The notes beneath the pieces are model-generated. The model searched no databases. It saw only the letters and a program-made list of their open reading frames with translations, and was not told where the DNA came from. From assembly GCF_011745625.1 (NCBI RefSeq), contig NW_027191466.1:124001-188000 (forward strand): 64,000 nt of DNA. The letters are read 5' to 3'. Positions 24,652 through 35,409 of this stretch are shown piece after piece. How positions within the stretch are numbered: position 1 is the first letter of the stretch; every line of letters begins with the position of its first letter. The position numbers and the translations under genes were made by a program. The stretch comes from Cladosporium halotolerans. Its lineage: Eukaryota.

Positions 24652-26236
24652 CTAAAGCCAAAACTCCCTCTCCCCGACCTCCATCCCCCTCGGCACACCC
24701 CCCGTCCTCCCAACCAACACCCTCCCCCTCCCCCTCTTCAAATACTCCCCAAACCCCTTCTCCCCAACAACCCCTCCGCCCTCCCCCTCAACATCCGCAT
24801 CCGCATCCCAAACCACCCTCCCCCTCAACACCGTCCACCGCGGCCAATTCCCCACCCCGACCCCCTCAAACGGCGTATAATCCACCCCATGGTGCAACCC
24901 CGCCTGCCTCACCACCCTCCTCCCCCTCGCCCCAGGAAACCAAACGACCAGATCCGCGTCCGCGCCCGGCGCCAGACTCCCCTTCCGCCCCGCGAGCCCG
25001 TACAGCGCCGCCGGCGCGCTGGCCGTCAGCTCCACGAAGCGCGGGAGCGAGAGCTTCGCCTGCTCGGGCGGCAGGCACGCGGGCGTCTGCGAGAAGAGGA
25101 GGGGCAGGCGCGTCTCGAGCCCCGGCAGGCCGTTGGGGATCGCGCTGAAGCGCGGGATGCCGTCGACCATTCCCAGCTGCTTGCCGAGCGGGGAGGCGTA
25201 GGAGCTGGGCGCGTGGTCGGAGGAGAGGACGGTGAAGGTGCCGTTTTGCAGGCCGCGCCAGAGAGCGGTTAGGTCGGAGGGGTGGTGGCGGAGGGGCGGG
25301 GAGCAGACGTGTTTGGCGCCGGAGAAGGGGTCTTCGGGGGAGGGGCGGAGGGCGGCGGACAGCAGGAAGAGGTAGTGCGGGCAGGTCTCGGCGTGGATGG
25401 GGAGGAGGCGGGTCTGGGCGTCGCGGACGTGCGACATGGCGACTTCGGAGGACATGTGGACGATGAGGACGGGGGCGTCGGCGAGCTCGGCGAGGGCGAT
25501 GGCGCGGTAGGAGGCTTCGTCTTCGGCTATGCGGGGGCGGGCGAGGGCGTGGAAGTGCGGGGCGGTGTGGGAGTTGCGCTCGAGGCCGGCGATGATGTGC
25601 GCGATCATGTCGTGGGATTCGGCGTGGATCATGGTCGTCATGCCGAGGGCGCGGGTGGCGAGGAGCACGGAGAGGATGTTGCGGTCGGAGAGCTTCATGG
25701 CGTCGTAGGTCATGTAGAGTTTGACGCTGGTGATGCCGTGGTCGGCGGCGAGGGCGGGGAGCTCGGTTTGCAGGATGGCATCGGTTGGGTTTGTGAGGAT
25801 GAAGTGGAAACCGTAGTCGCAGTAGCTCTGGCCGCGGGACTTGCGGTGGTAGTCTTCGAGGACGGGGTAGAGGGATGCGTCGTCGCGGGACTGAGAGGCG
25901 AAGGCGAGGATGGTCGTCGTGCCGCCTGCGATGGCGCTGCGGGAGCCGGTCTCCCATCCATCGCCTGTTGGTGAGTTCTTTTGAGCCAGGTGGACATGTG
26001 AGTCTACGCCGCCGGGGGTCACGTAGGCACCTTCGCAGTCGATGATTTTGGTTGTAGATGAGACTGGCAGGTCTTTGCCGATGCAAGCGATGATGCCATC
26101 TTTAATGCCGATTTGGAGACCTGCCGGAAGGACTTCGCTTGCTGTCACCTGGAAGGTCGTTAAGTACTGGGGATGATCTGTGAAAGTCAGAAGACCTTAC
26201 GAGAATGCCGTTGGATATGATGAGGTCAAAGTCCAT
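24652..26236 (-). CDS. Dihydropyrimidinase / D-hydantoinase (exons 26201-26236, 24652-26148)
   Basis: Spliced start MDFDLIISNGILVTAS. Metal-binding motifs PGGVDSHVH, SVKLYM (carbamylated Lys), IHAE, VHMS and SSDHAP, plus PNGLPGLETR. Confidence 0.93.
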
Positions 26237-26684
26237 ATTCAAATGCCGAGGTCGATTGAAGCTGACCCGGGTCCACAATTCTTGCAAGCTTGTGCTACCT
26301 ACCACGGGGATAAGCAATCGCGAACAAAGTAACTGTTCTACAGAAGTGACTTCCAAAGGTTCAGATCAGTTAGTAATTTTCTCGAGTTTTTGGAAATCCA
26401 CCAGAATCGAGTAATGTGTTGTAGCCAGGATGAGCGCCCACGGGCAACGACCTTCTCAATAGGGAAAGATGTGCTCGGGCAACGATAGGCGGCCGGCGAG
26501 ATACATGAAGGATTTCTGCCCAAGCAGTCGACCATATCGCCTGGCCGGCCGGCAGCGTGCATACCAAGGCGGCCAACACATAGTTCCTGGGTGATAGTAG
26601 CCGAGCGTACTTCAACTCTATACCGCTCGCTTTGAGTGATACCAGTGCATGTCGACTGCATTTGTACCAAATCAATCTCCAATC
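26237..26684. promoter_or_regulatory. Bidirectional promoter of the hydantoinase/carbamoylase pair with several GATA cores
   Basis: 448 bp between divergent ATGs. GATA cores at ~26309, 26484, 26500, 26593, 26638 and one on the minus strand near 26535. Confidence 0.5.
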
Positions 26685-27725
26685 ATGTCACGAAAGATCA
26701 CAGTAGCGGCCGCGCAAATTGGCGCAATAAACCGCGACGCTCCTAAATCAGAGACAGTCCCCAGACTGCTTGCACTGCTGCGAGAAGCCGGGCAAAAGAA
26801 CGTCAAGCTTGTTGTCTTCCCCGAAGTCGCATTGACGACTTTCTTTCCGCGCCACCTCTTCACGTCGCAGGAAGAGTTGGACAAGTTCTTCGAGCACGGC
26901 GAAGACATCACGCAATCGCCGGACGTCAAGCCGCTCTTTGACGAAGCGCGCAGCCTAAACATTGACATCGTCCTTGGCTACGCCGAGCGCACCGCGAATG
27001 GCACAGGCTACAACACCTGCGTTTACTACTCCGCCAGCGAAGGCAGAGTTCTTAGCAAGTACCGCAAAATCCACTTACCCGGCACGAAGGAGCCATTCGA
27101 GGATCCGAAGGCCATCAACCAGCTGGAAAAACGCTACTTCACTCCCGGAGACCTTGGCTTCAAAGCATTCCGCGCGCCAGGCTTGATCCCAGACGCCGCG
27201 AAGAAAGCCACTGCGCAGAGCGGCGAGAGCACTGTTGGCAAAGGCGACCCGATCCTCGGCATGATGATCTGCAACGACAGGCGCTGGCCCGAGGCGTGGA
27301 GGATGTACTCGCTGCAAGGAGCCGAGATCCTGATGTTCGGCTACAACACAGGCGCGAACATGAGCCATTTATGGGGCAGCAAGCCCATGACGCCGGAGCA
27401 GGCAAAGGTAGAAGCTCTTTTCCATTCGCGCCTGGTGCAGCAGGCGAACAGCTATATGAATGCTTGCTTTTCGATTTCGTCTGCGCGGTGTGGACTGGAC
27501 GACGGCAAGTATGACCTGATCGCTGGGAGTAGTATTGTCGACCCGGAGGGGCACGTAGTGGCTGAGGCGAAGACGTCGGAAGATGAGCTGGTGGTGGCGG
27601 AGATAGACTTGGGGGATTGTAGGCAAGGGAAGGAAAAGACGTTTGATTTCGCGCGTCACAGGCGGATTGAGACGTATGGGCTGATCGACAAACAGACTGG
27701 TGTGATCGAGCCAGAGTTGTTGTAG
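26685..27725 (+). CDS. N-carbamoyl-D-amino-acid amidohydrolase-like (nitrilase superfamily), intronless
   Basis: Glu-Lys-Cys triad in D-carbamoylase-type contexts: FPEVALTTFFPR, KYRKIHLPG, LEKRYF.PGDLGF, ICNDRRWPEAWR and GYNT. Confidence 0.92.
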   Translation: MSRKITVAAAQIGAINRDAPKSETVPRLLALLREAGQKNVKLVVFPEVALTTFFPRHLFTSQEELDKFFEHGEDITQSPDVKPLFDEARSLNIDIVLGYAERTANGTGYNTCVYYSASEGRVLSKYRKIHLPGTKEPFEDPKAINQLEKRYFTPGDLGFKAFRAPGLIPDAAKKATAQSGESTVGKGDPILGMMICNDRRWPEAWRMYSLQGAEILMFGYNTGANMSHLWGSKPMTPEQAKVEALFHSRLVQQANSYMNACFSISSARCGLDDGKYDLIAGSSIVDPEGHVVAEAKTSEDELVVAEIDLGDCRQGKEKTFDFARHRRIETYGLIDKQTGVIEPELL

Positions 27726-28753
27726 TCAAGCAGACAACGTGCGTCAAGCAAAAGCATGAGGGAAGGGCCGATTCATAGCGTGGATTGGACGAATGGGTGT
27801 GGCCGTAGAAGCAAGCGAGCTGCAGACGCCGAGATGGTTTAGAAAGAGCAATCGCCGCCTTTTGATCTTAACTCTCCAGAATATTGTGGCATGTTTACTT
27901 CACGCATGCGTGTACCAAGCTTGCGCCAGGTCCGATCGACGCATGATGTGTCGCCGAAACCGGATGACAGGACAACACTGATCAGCTAAGGATTGATCAT
28001 CGCATGGTGTGCACGTCCACCTCGCTAACAAGAGGGCCGCGACCGTCACAACAGTATTTGCGCAGCAACACTGGCGTGACTTGTGCGACAGTTCCTGGTA
28101 TTTGCCTTCTCAACAGCATTAGTGGCAGGATATATTGGCAGGATAGGCTTGCCTGTTCGGTGGGCAGCGGCAGGTCACACCACGAGCGGCTACCCAGGCT
28201 CCCAGGGCCGGTCCCGCGGTCGCCTTGGTCAATGAAGATCAGCGCCGGGAGCAGTCGTTGGGTGCGGTAGGGTGCCGCCGGTTGCAAGGGCCACGAGGGT
28301 ATGATGCTCTGCGGCGGCGGGTTCTCATCCGGTGGGCGTCGCGATTGTATTATATCATTTGTTTGGCGGTTGCAGGCGTGGCGACAGGGCGGAGAGCGAC
28401 CTGAGGTATATTCTGGCTGCAGATCAGCCCTGATGGTGATGGTGGTTTCGTCAACGGCGCTGCACGAGCAGTTGATCTGCCGACCCTCCGCGTGCCACCT
28501 GCTACGCGCTCCAGAGAGTTCACTCGGGCCATCCTCCATCATTCGTCCTCCCGGGGATGTCGAGGCGGATAACGGCAACCTTATTCCACCCTCCCGTGCG
28601 GGGCTACGTGGCAATTAAAGGCTCAGCCGCAGGCTGCTTCTCGCCGTGCGGTGACCTGGTGAAACCCTGGTTGCACATGGTGGTAGTCTACATCTAACGC
28701 CTCGGTGGAGCCTTCTTCAATGACATCCACCGCCATGCGCGCCCGGAGCCGGC

Positions 28754-30421
28754 ATGATGGATGCCCATGCGTTTGACGACGCTTTCTTCTCCACGGATAG
28801 CTTGCCGGGCGACGTCGCGCCACCGCATGTTTTGACACGCTGGGACTCACAACAGGCCTCACCGAGGCAGACGGAAGCTGCAAAGCTGGCGAAGGCGCCG
28901 GCTCAGGATTCCCATGGGCACTCTCGGAGGCGTTCTGAGGCCAAAGACGCGCGACGCAGGCGGCTGCAGGCGCCTGGCCGACTGGACGGCTGCAGCACTG
29001 CGCCCCTGACTATGGCTGGAGATACGCACGATGATGAGAGTGCCGACGAGGAAATCGTGTCTGGTCGCGCAGACGCGCTGTGGCAGAAGCAGCGCAATGA
29101 CAGCAATGCAAGCGATGATGCAGACAGGGCGAGCTCAAAGTGGCTCACCACGCCATCTCGAAATCAGGACGTGGAGGAAATCGGCCAGTGGTATTTCGCA
29201 TGCCAACTACCCGAGCACGACATTGAGTTCTTCAGATCTGTGCAAGACAATTGGGTCAAAGATATGTGGCAAATGGGCCAAAACAGCGAACCTATCTTTT
29301 CCGTCCTCGGCGCCTTTGCCCTGCACAAGAAAGCGCTCCTCGGCGGACCGCAAGCCAGACCCGAATATATTGAGCAAAAAGGAAAAATCATTCAAAACAT
29401 CGTTACCGATCTTCGACGACATCCTTCAGGACCTGACCCCTCGACCATCGTGGCCATGGCTATTCTGGCGTACCTCGACATTCGAGACAATCAACTGGAT
29501 GCTTCTGGCACGCATCTGCAAGCAGTAGCGAAATTTGTCGACATGTCCGCCATCCCGGTACAGGGTTGGCTCTACTGCACATGGATCGACCTCCGCCAGG
29601 CTCTTTTCACCAGCCAAGAGCCTTCTCTTCCGTTCTACGTACCAGTACCTTTTCGCGAACTACCCTCGAGCCTCCGGAATTACCAACGCGAAGCCTTCCG
29701 CCTAGGTGGCCTCAACGCCTCGCAGTGCCCGCGCTCTTCAGTCTTCACCCTCGACATGGCATCCGACATGTTCGGCAAGCTCCACGCCCTCTGCCACTGC
29801 TCTGAAATTCCGCCGCCAGGCGAAACGCCGCCCTTCGGTCAGGTGTATGCCCTCGAATACGGCCTACGAGTCATCCAGGCGCGCGCCAAACGCAACGGCG
29901 AGGGCGACGTGCTCACTGCGCCCATCATGCTGATTACCTCAGCGATACAGTTACACGTCTGGATGGCCTCGCGCTTCTACACCCCGCAGGCCCGCGAGAC
30001 GCACTTAGGCCTCATCAAAGTCGCGACCGAGACGATGGCAGGCTTCGACGACATGGTCACGCAGTGGTACATCGCGGCAGGCCTCGAATCCCTCCTTTGG
30101 GTTCTTTTCACATTACTCGCAAGCCTACACGCACACGAGCTGCCGCAGACGAACGAGGTGCTCGGGCTACTCTACAAAGCATTACGGATGGCGCGCATCA
30201 ACACGTGCGAGGACTTGGAGAAGCGGCTGCGGAGCTGGCCGTGGCTGGAGAACTGGCACCCGGTACAAATCGACACGGTGTGGCAGATGCTGGGAGGGCG
30301 GTACCCGGACCTGGTACCGCGAATAGCGCCGACGCAGAACGTGGCGGGCGCGGCACAGGATCCGAATAAAGCGCGGCATCGGTGGTTCTTGGGTGGGTTG
30401 GAGTTTTACAACAGCTTGTAG
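28754..30421 (+). CDS. Hypothetical protein resembling the C-terminal helical domain of fungal-specific transcription factors, no Zn cluster visible
   Basis: 555-aa ORF with a basic patch (SRRRSEAKDARRRR) and a helical region (TIVAMAILAYLD...HL.AV, WIDLR, SLLWVLF). The family call is tentative. Confidence 0.65.
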   Translation: MMDAHAFDDAFFSTDSLPGDVAPPHVLTRWDSQQASPRQTEAAKLAKAPAQDSHGHSRRRSEAKDARRRRLQAPGRLDGCSTAPLTMAGDTHDDESADEEIVSGRADALWQKQRNDSNASDDADRASSKWLTTPSRNQDVEEIGQWYFACQLPEHDIEFFRSVQDNWVKDMWQMGQNSEPIFSVLGAFALHKKALLGGPQARPEYIEQKGKIIQNIVTDLRRHPSGPDPSTIVAMAILAYLDIRDNQLDASGTHLQAVAKFVDMSAIPVQGWLYCTWIDLRQALFTSQEPSLPFYVPVPFRELPSSLRNYQREAFRLGGLNASQCPRSSVFTLDMASDMFGKLHALCHCSEIPPPGETPPFGQVYALEYGLRVIQARAKRNGEGDVLTAPIMLITSAIQLHVWMASRFYTPQARETHLGLIKVATETMAGFDDMVTQWYIAAGLESLLWVLFTLLASLHAHELPQTNEVLGLLYKALRMARINTCEDLEKRLRSWPWLENWHPVQIDTVWQMLGGRYPDLVPRIAPTQNVAGAAQDPNKARHRWFLGGLEFYNSL

Positions 30422-30837
30422 ATAGAGAGATTGCCCGTACGATGTATGATCACGATCAACGATTTTATTTTGGGCGCGAGACCTTCGCCGAGACCTTCGG
30501 TGGAATGCCGTGTGTTGTTGGTTTGCCAGAGGGTCTAGACTCGGAGCCTTCGTTTAGTTCTATCAAATCAGCGCTTAACGGTGACAAAGTGGCGAGAAAG
30601 TCACGCGACTGTCACTTGATGAGTCAGTCGTGGTTGACGAGTCGTTGTCCCTTCAGCGAAGCATGAGAACCGCCCAGTTCGTGTTGCAATGTAGCATAAT
30701 TCTACATGACAGATGCGTGGCGCAACACCAAAAGCGCGGAAGGCATGCCCGCTCCCCGAAAGCGTGAGCACGGCGTGATATAGGAGCCCTGCCGGATATA
30801 GAAGCTCTGGCCAATTATCGGGCATTTACAGACAAAC

Positions 30838-32505
30838 TCACACGGCCGGCTGCGGCAGCCGAGTCCGAGACCAATCATCGTGCGGTACATACTCCTCCTC
30901 AGACTGATGAGTAACTTCGTCGCCGAGATAAGTGACCCTGGCCATTGAGCTGTCACTACTTTCATTCGTAACATCCATCAACCTCGGAATAGCCGGTAAA
31001 GCCAGGCCAAGCTCAGTGAAGCGGGACTGCATCAAAGGCAGCAGGGCCTCGTTCCCACCTCGAAAGCCCCCAAGCACTTTTCCCAAATGAATGAGATACT
31101 CTCGCGGCCCGATGTGTGTGGCGTCCGTCCAGCACTGCGGCATGCAGACCATCACGTCGGCCACGGCGTTCACGAAATCGAACAGCTTCAGCTCCATTCC
31201 TGACCCGTGGGCTTCGAGGCTGTCGACTGTGATGGTGGAGACTTCAGACAGGAGGTCGTGCGCCAGGCGGAGCGGGAAAAGTAGGCTGGTGATGTCTCCG
31301 GCGGGGTCGGTGGACATTTCTATTCGTGACACGGCGAGTTTCCACAAGTGGAGGCGCATCCAGTGCTGGGTCACCCCAACGTCGGCTTTCTGCAGCTGAT
31401 TGTAGGGCTGTATCGGCGTTGGCAATTGCAGGAGCTTGTTGTGAACCAGTGAGAGCGCCGTTGCGGTTTGACCCGTGTCCGTTGATGCTTCTGAGAGGGC
31501 TTTGAACATGTCGCAGAGGGAGACGAACGCCGACAAGGTATATGGCTCGGCATCAGCACTGGGTGTTGAAAGATTTTGAGGTAGAGTCAAGGTACACGGC
31601 AGGTCGTACTGGAGTGCGTGAGCCCGTTCAGTGATGTACAAAAGCCATATCTTGCGTAATTCGTTGCTTGCTTCTTCTTCTGAAAGACCCTCATAATGGC
31701 TAGGCTTGTGCAGCTCTAGCAAGTGCGCCACCGAGATGGCTTCACGGAGGGTGAGCGTGCTGGTATGTTGTTTCTTGATGTGCAGGTATGCGACATGTAG
31801 GAAGAATGATGTGCACAACGCGTCTGACGAAAGATGCTCTCGATAGTCATTTGCTCGTCTCAGGCTTTCGATCTCCTCGATGACAGACTCTGGCTGCAGC
31901 GTGGCGCCACTCGGATCGGTGGCGGATAACTGGAGTTGCAAAATGGTTGCAACGCATATGCTAGATGCCAGTACGTAAGACTCGTAGTCGGCCAATACAT
32001 GTAGTCTCGCTACCAGGTCGTCCCTATTCACTATCGGCCAGACTGGATAAAGTTTGTGATGATAAATGTCCAGGTATAATGTAAGATGCTCCAGGCTGAT
32101 CCGGTACGGATATACAGTGGGTTGCACTGGAGGCGAAGTGTTGAAGTCTGCCTGTACGAGGTGATCCGTCGTAAATGTATCGAATGTAATAGGTGTTGCC
32201 GACAAAATATCTTGATCGAATCTGTTGTCTTGCGGGAATTGTGAAGGCCGGCCTTCGAATGACGTACTACTTGCACTCAATGACCGCAAATCCTCGGATC
32301 GCAGGGGCCGTAGGGGTGCTTCTTGATGTTTGAGCTTTTCAAGTCGATCGATGGTTCTCTTCCTGATGCCTTTTGGGCCCGACTTGTGCTTTTGTCGCAG
32401 TCTAGTGCACTCAAGCGAAGCGTTCATGCATCCTGCACATGGAGAGAGGCCATCGCATCGTATTCGCCTGACCGCACACGCATCGCACACTCTTCGTTGG
32501 CTCAT
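30838..32505 (-). CDS. Zn2Cys6 transcription factor, MalR/AmyR/Mal63-like
   Basis: ATG at 32505 gives MSQRRVCDACAVRRIRCDGLSPCAGCMNASLECT...KSGPKG. Downstream motifs LYPVWPIV, WLLYITER, QKADVGVTQHW and EAHGSGMELKLFD. Confidence 0.9.
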   Translation of the reverse strand: MSQRRVCDACAVRRIRCDGLSPCAGCMNASLECTRLRQKHKSGPKGIRKRTIDRLEKLKHQEAPLRPLRSEDLRSLSASSTSFEGRPSQFPQDNRFDQDILSATPITFDTFTTDHLVQADFNTSPPVQPTVYPYRISLEHLTLYLDIYHHKLYPVWPIVNRDDLVARLHVLADYESYVLASSICVATILQLQLSATDPSGATLQPESVIEEIESLRRANDYREHLSSDALCTSFFLHVAYLHIKKQHTSTLTLREAISVAHLLELHKPSHYEGLSEEEASNELRKIWLLYITERAHALQYDLPCTLTLPQNLSTPSADAEPYTLSAFVSLCDMFKALSEASTDTGQTATALSLVHNKLLQLPTPIQPYNQLQKADVGVTQHWMRLHLWKLAVSRIEMSTDPAGDITSLLFPLRLAHDLLSEVSTITVDSLEAHGSGMELKLFDFVNAVADVMVCMPQCWTDATHIGPREYLIHLGKVLGGFRGGNEALLPLMQSRFTELGLALPAIPRLMDVTNESSDSSMARVTYLGDEVTHQSEEEYVPHDDWSRTRLPQPAV

Positions 32506-32889
32506 CGAGGATTCAGATGGTGATAAGTGAGAGGCAAAGACGCGTTGCTGTGTAAGATTTGTGGAAGGTCGTACAGTTGCGAAGTGATGTGAGGGAAATG
32601 CCAAGCAAGCGGGGGCGACCCTTAGGGTCAACCCGATTAATCTAATGATAGAAAGGAAAGCACCTAACACTTAGGCAACGGTTTGATCACCAGAAGCTGG
32701 TTCTGACCTCGTCTGAATGTGACTGAGGGGATATCACGCTTGTATGTTCGTGTTCATAACAGGTTCCTGCGCCTTACACCGCAAATCCTCAAGGTCGTAA
32801 TGTGCTTGCATTTGGCGCTCCTCGATCAAACGTCTACTTGTGAGGATGCAGAGACAAGTAGAAATTGTCTGATTTGTAATGCATAAGAT

Positions 32890-34674
32890 CTACAAACGGC
32901 TGGCGATTCGAGACTGTGTGCATGCGAACGCCTCAAATGGCCGCAAAGACACAGATCGTGAGGTCGAACTGATGTCACCGTAAGTGGTGATAAGGAGAGT
33001 TTCCTCCTTTGGACTATATAATCCCAACGGAACATTCCATTCCACCGGGGATTCTCGAAAGTTGCACACAACCATCACTGACTTGCCATCGAAGCTCCTC
33101 ATGTACGCAAAGACATCGTCATTGTCAGCGTCGACCATTTCGAAGTCTCCGTAGACGAACATATCGACCATCTCTTTCCGTAGACGCAGGATCGCTGCCC
33201 AGTACTCGAAAGGACTGGTGGGATTGCCAACTTGGTTGGCAGCATTGCACTGCTTATAGCTGTCATTGACACGGAACCATGGATCTCCGGTGGTGAAGCC
33301 TGCATGTCGATGCTCCGACCATTGCATTGGCGTTCGCGCATTGTCTCGTGATTTCGTGTGGTATTGTGTCTTAGCCAGCGCCTTAGCTTCTTCATCATTC
33401 GGTCGAGTATCGCAGAGCTCTTTCCAGTGGTTGAGAGTCTCTAGGTCTCTGAACTCTTCCATTCCCCAGTCGGAAGGTATGTTCGACATTCCAAGCTCTT
33501 GGCCTTGGTAAAGAAATAATGTTCCGCTCTGGAGGCCTAGGAAAGTTGCAAACATCTTCGCTGCCAGCTGACGGAACTCAGGCTTATCGGAGCCCCACCT
33601 CGACACTGTGCGGGCCTGGTCATGGTTCTCGAGATACAAAGCATTCCAGCCTCCGTTTTCGTACATGAACCGTTGCCATTTGTTGACGATGCTCTTGAGC
33701 TCTGACATTTGCCATTGCTGAGGGGTGAACTTGCCACCCTCTCCGTGGTCAATGCCTTCAACGATCTCAAAGTTGAAGATCATGTTGAGCTCGTTGCGGC
33801 TCGAGCCCACACATCTTAGGATTTCATCGGGATCTTCCACCCATGGCATCTCGCCGACATTGAAAGCGTCATACTCCTTCATGATACCGCCCATGACCTG
33901 CAGAAATTCGTGAATTCGAGGGCCGTTGGCGTAGTGCTCTGATCCGTGATGGTATTGTCGATCTTGATGGATGATTTTTGCGTCCGGGAGCTCAGGGTCT
34001 TTGCTGATGAGGTTGATCACGTCCATGCGAAAGCCATCGACGCCCTTGTCCAGCCAGAAGCGCATGGTGTTGTAGATCGCCCCCCGCATGGCATCGCATT
34101 CCCAGTTGAGATCTGGCTGCTCTTTCGCAAATAGATGGAGATAGTATTCTCCCGTGGGCTCATCGTAAGTCCATGCGCCTCCGCTGAAGTACGAGCTCCA
34201 GTTGTTCGGCGGATGTCTGTTTCCCTGTGCATCGTAGCGTGGCTTGCGCCAAATGTACCAGTCGCGATAAGGGTTGTCTTTAGAAGAGCGAGATCGGCGG
34301 AACCATTCGTGTTGATCTGAGGTGTGATTCACGACCAGGTCCATGACCAGCTTGAGTCCTCTTGCATGCAGCCCGGCGATAAGATTGTCCACATCCTGCA
34401 TGGTCCCGTACCGCGGGTCGATGGCTCTGTAGTCGGCAATATCATATCCCATGTCCACTAGCGGACTTGTGTAGATTGGGCAGACCCAGACTACATCAAC
34501 ACCAAGCGCCTTGATGTAGTCGAGCTTTTCAATGATTCCAGGGATGTCGCCAACGCCATCGCCGTTCGAGTCCTTGAAAGAGCTAGGGTAAATTTGGTAA
34601 ATTGACGCTTCTTTCCACCAAGCTCGCTGAACCTGCGGCGAGTTGATGTATTGCGGCTGGACTTGTAGGGACAT
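32890..34674 (-). CDS. Intracellular GH13 alpha-glucosidase (maltase / oligo-1,6-glucosidase), intronless
   Basis: WWKEASIYQIYP.SF.DSNGDG.GD, DLVVNHTS, QPDLNW, GFRMDVIN, VGEM, LENHDQ and SRDNARTPMQW. No signal peptide. Confidence 0.96.
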   Translation of the reverse strand: MSLQVQPQYINSPQVQRAWWKEASIYQIYPSSFKDSNGDGVGDIPGIIEKLDYIKALGVDVVWVCPIYTSPLVDMGYDIADYRAIDPRYGTMQDVDNLIAGLHARGLKLVMDLVVNHTSDQHEWFRRSRSSKDNPYRDWYIWRKPRYDAQGNRHPPNNWSSYFSGGAWTYDEPTGEYYLHLFAKEQPDLNWECDAMRGAIYNTMRFWLDKGVDGFRMDVINLISKDPELPDAKIIHQDRQYHHGSEHYANGPRIHEFLQVMGGIMKEYDAFNVGEMPWVEDPDEILRCVGSSRNELNMIFNFEIVEGIDHGEGGKFTPQQWQMSELKSIVNKWQRFMYENGGWNALYLENHDQARTVSRWGSDKPEFRQLAAKMFATFLGLQSGTLFLYQGQELGMSNIPSDWGMEEFRDLETLNHWKELCDTRPNDEEAKALAKTQYHTKSRDNARTPMQWSEHRHAGFTTGDPWFRVNDSYKQCNAANQVGNPTSPFEYWAAILRLRKEMVDMFVYGDFEMVDADNDDVFAYMRSFDGKSVMVVCNFRESPVEWNVPLGLYSPKEETLLITTYGDISSTSRSVSLRPFEAFACTQSRIASRL

Positions 34675-35409
34675 CTTCGAAGAAAAAGAGGAACCAAAAG
34701 AAAGTGAATGGAAAGGGAAGAGAAATGGTGCGAGAAGCTTGCGACTTACATACCTATCCTATCCAACGCGCGGACGAACTTGGAAAGCTGTTAGGTGTCC
34801 CGCAAGAACGCCCGGATCTTGATGCCGACATGTACGGTCATGTGGTGTACAGTAAGTCTGGATGGAACTCGTTGAGACGCGCGGTGGGTTGCTCGGGAAG
34901 ATTGTCGCGTTGTGGTCTGCCGTGCGTCTCAAAAGTCTGCAGACGCGTCACCTGCCTAAACCTTGCTTCATTCGCCGCTGAGCGCCCAACTGTGCGACTC
35001 GGACCCCACATTGATTCTGTGTGGTTTCGAGATTCTCGGAGAGATTCTCGTAGCCTCTCTCGCATTGTCTTCCGTGCCAATCTTCGCCGCAGAAGATCCA
35101 CGCATCGTCCATGTGGCACCCCGCCTCTCCGCCCACTGTCTCCACGATCTCCATAGATGGCAGTCTGGAGACGGATTTCGGCTTGCGCCATTGCGGCCAG
35201 CTCCTGGTCCCTACGAATGTGTCCTAGCGGGAGTCTTCGAGACATGTCCCTTCAGCATCGCAAGACAAAGATATAAGGATACACAAAGCCCCACCGCAAG
35301 CCATCACTCTCATCTTCACCGGTCAACTCAATTCACTTACCAGCGATATCTCGATTGATCAATTCTTGGCTATCTGCCAACAGCTCTTGCAACTGCAACG
35401 CCAACGACA
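34675..35409. promoter_or_regulatory. Bidirectional promoter of glucosidase/permease with candidate Mal-activator and CreA sites
   Basis: CGC-N9-CGG-N9-CCG at 34801-34827 and CGG-N9-CGG at 34882-34896. Three SYGGRG boxes on the minus strand at 35119-35145, and a TATA-like ATATAA near 35271. Confidence 0.5.

Noticed and set aside
26237..26684. GATA cluster as proof of AreA regulation
   Set aside because: Six cores in 448 bp is only modestly above chance, and few fit HGATAR.
15767..27725. Direct UaY control of the nearby hydantoinase/carbamoylase pair
   Set aside because: I found no TCGG-N6-CCGA site in the 448-bp shared promoter, and an unrelated receptor gene intervenes. The proximity may be chance.
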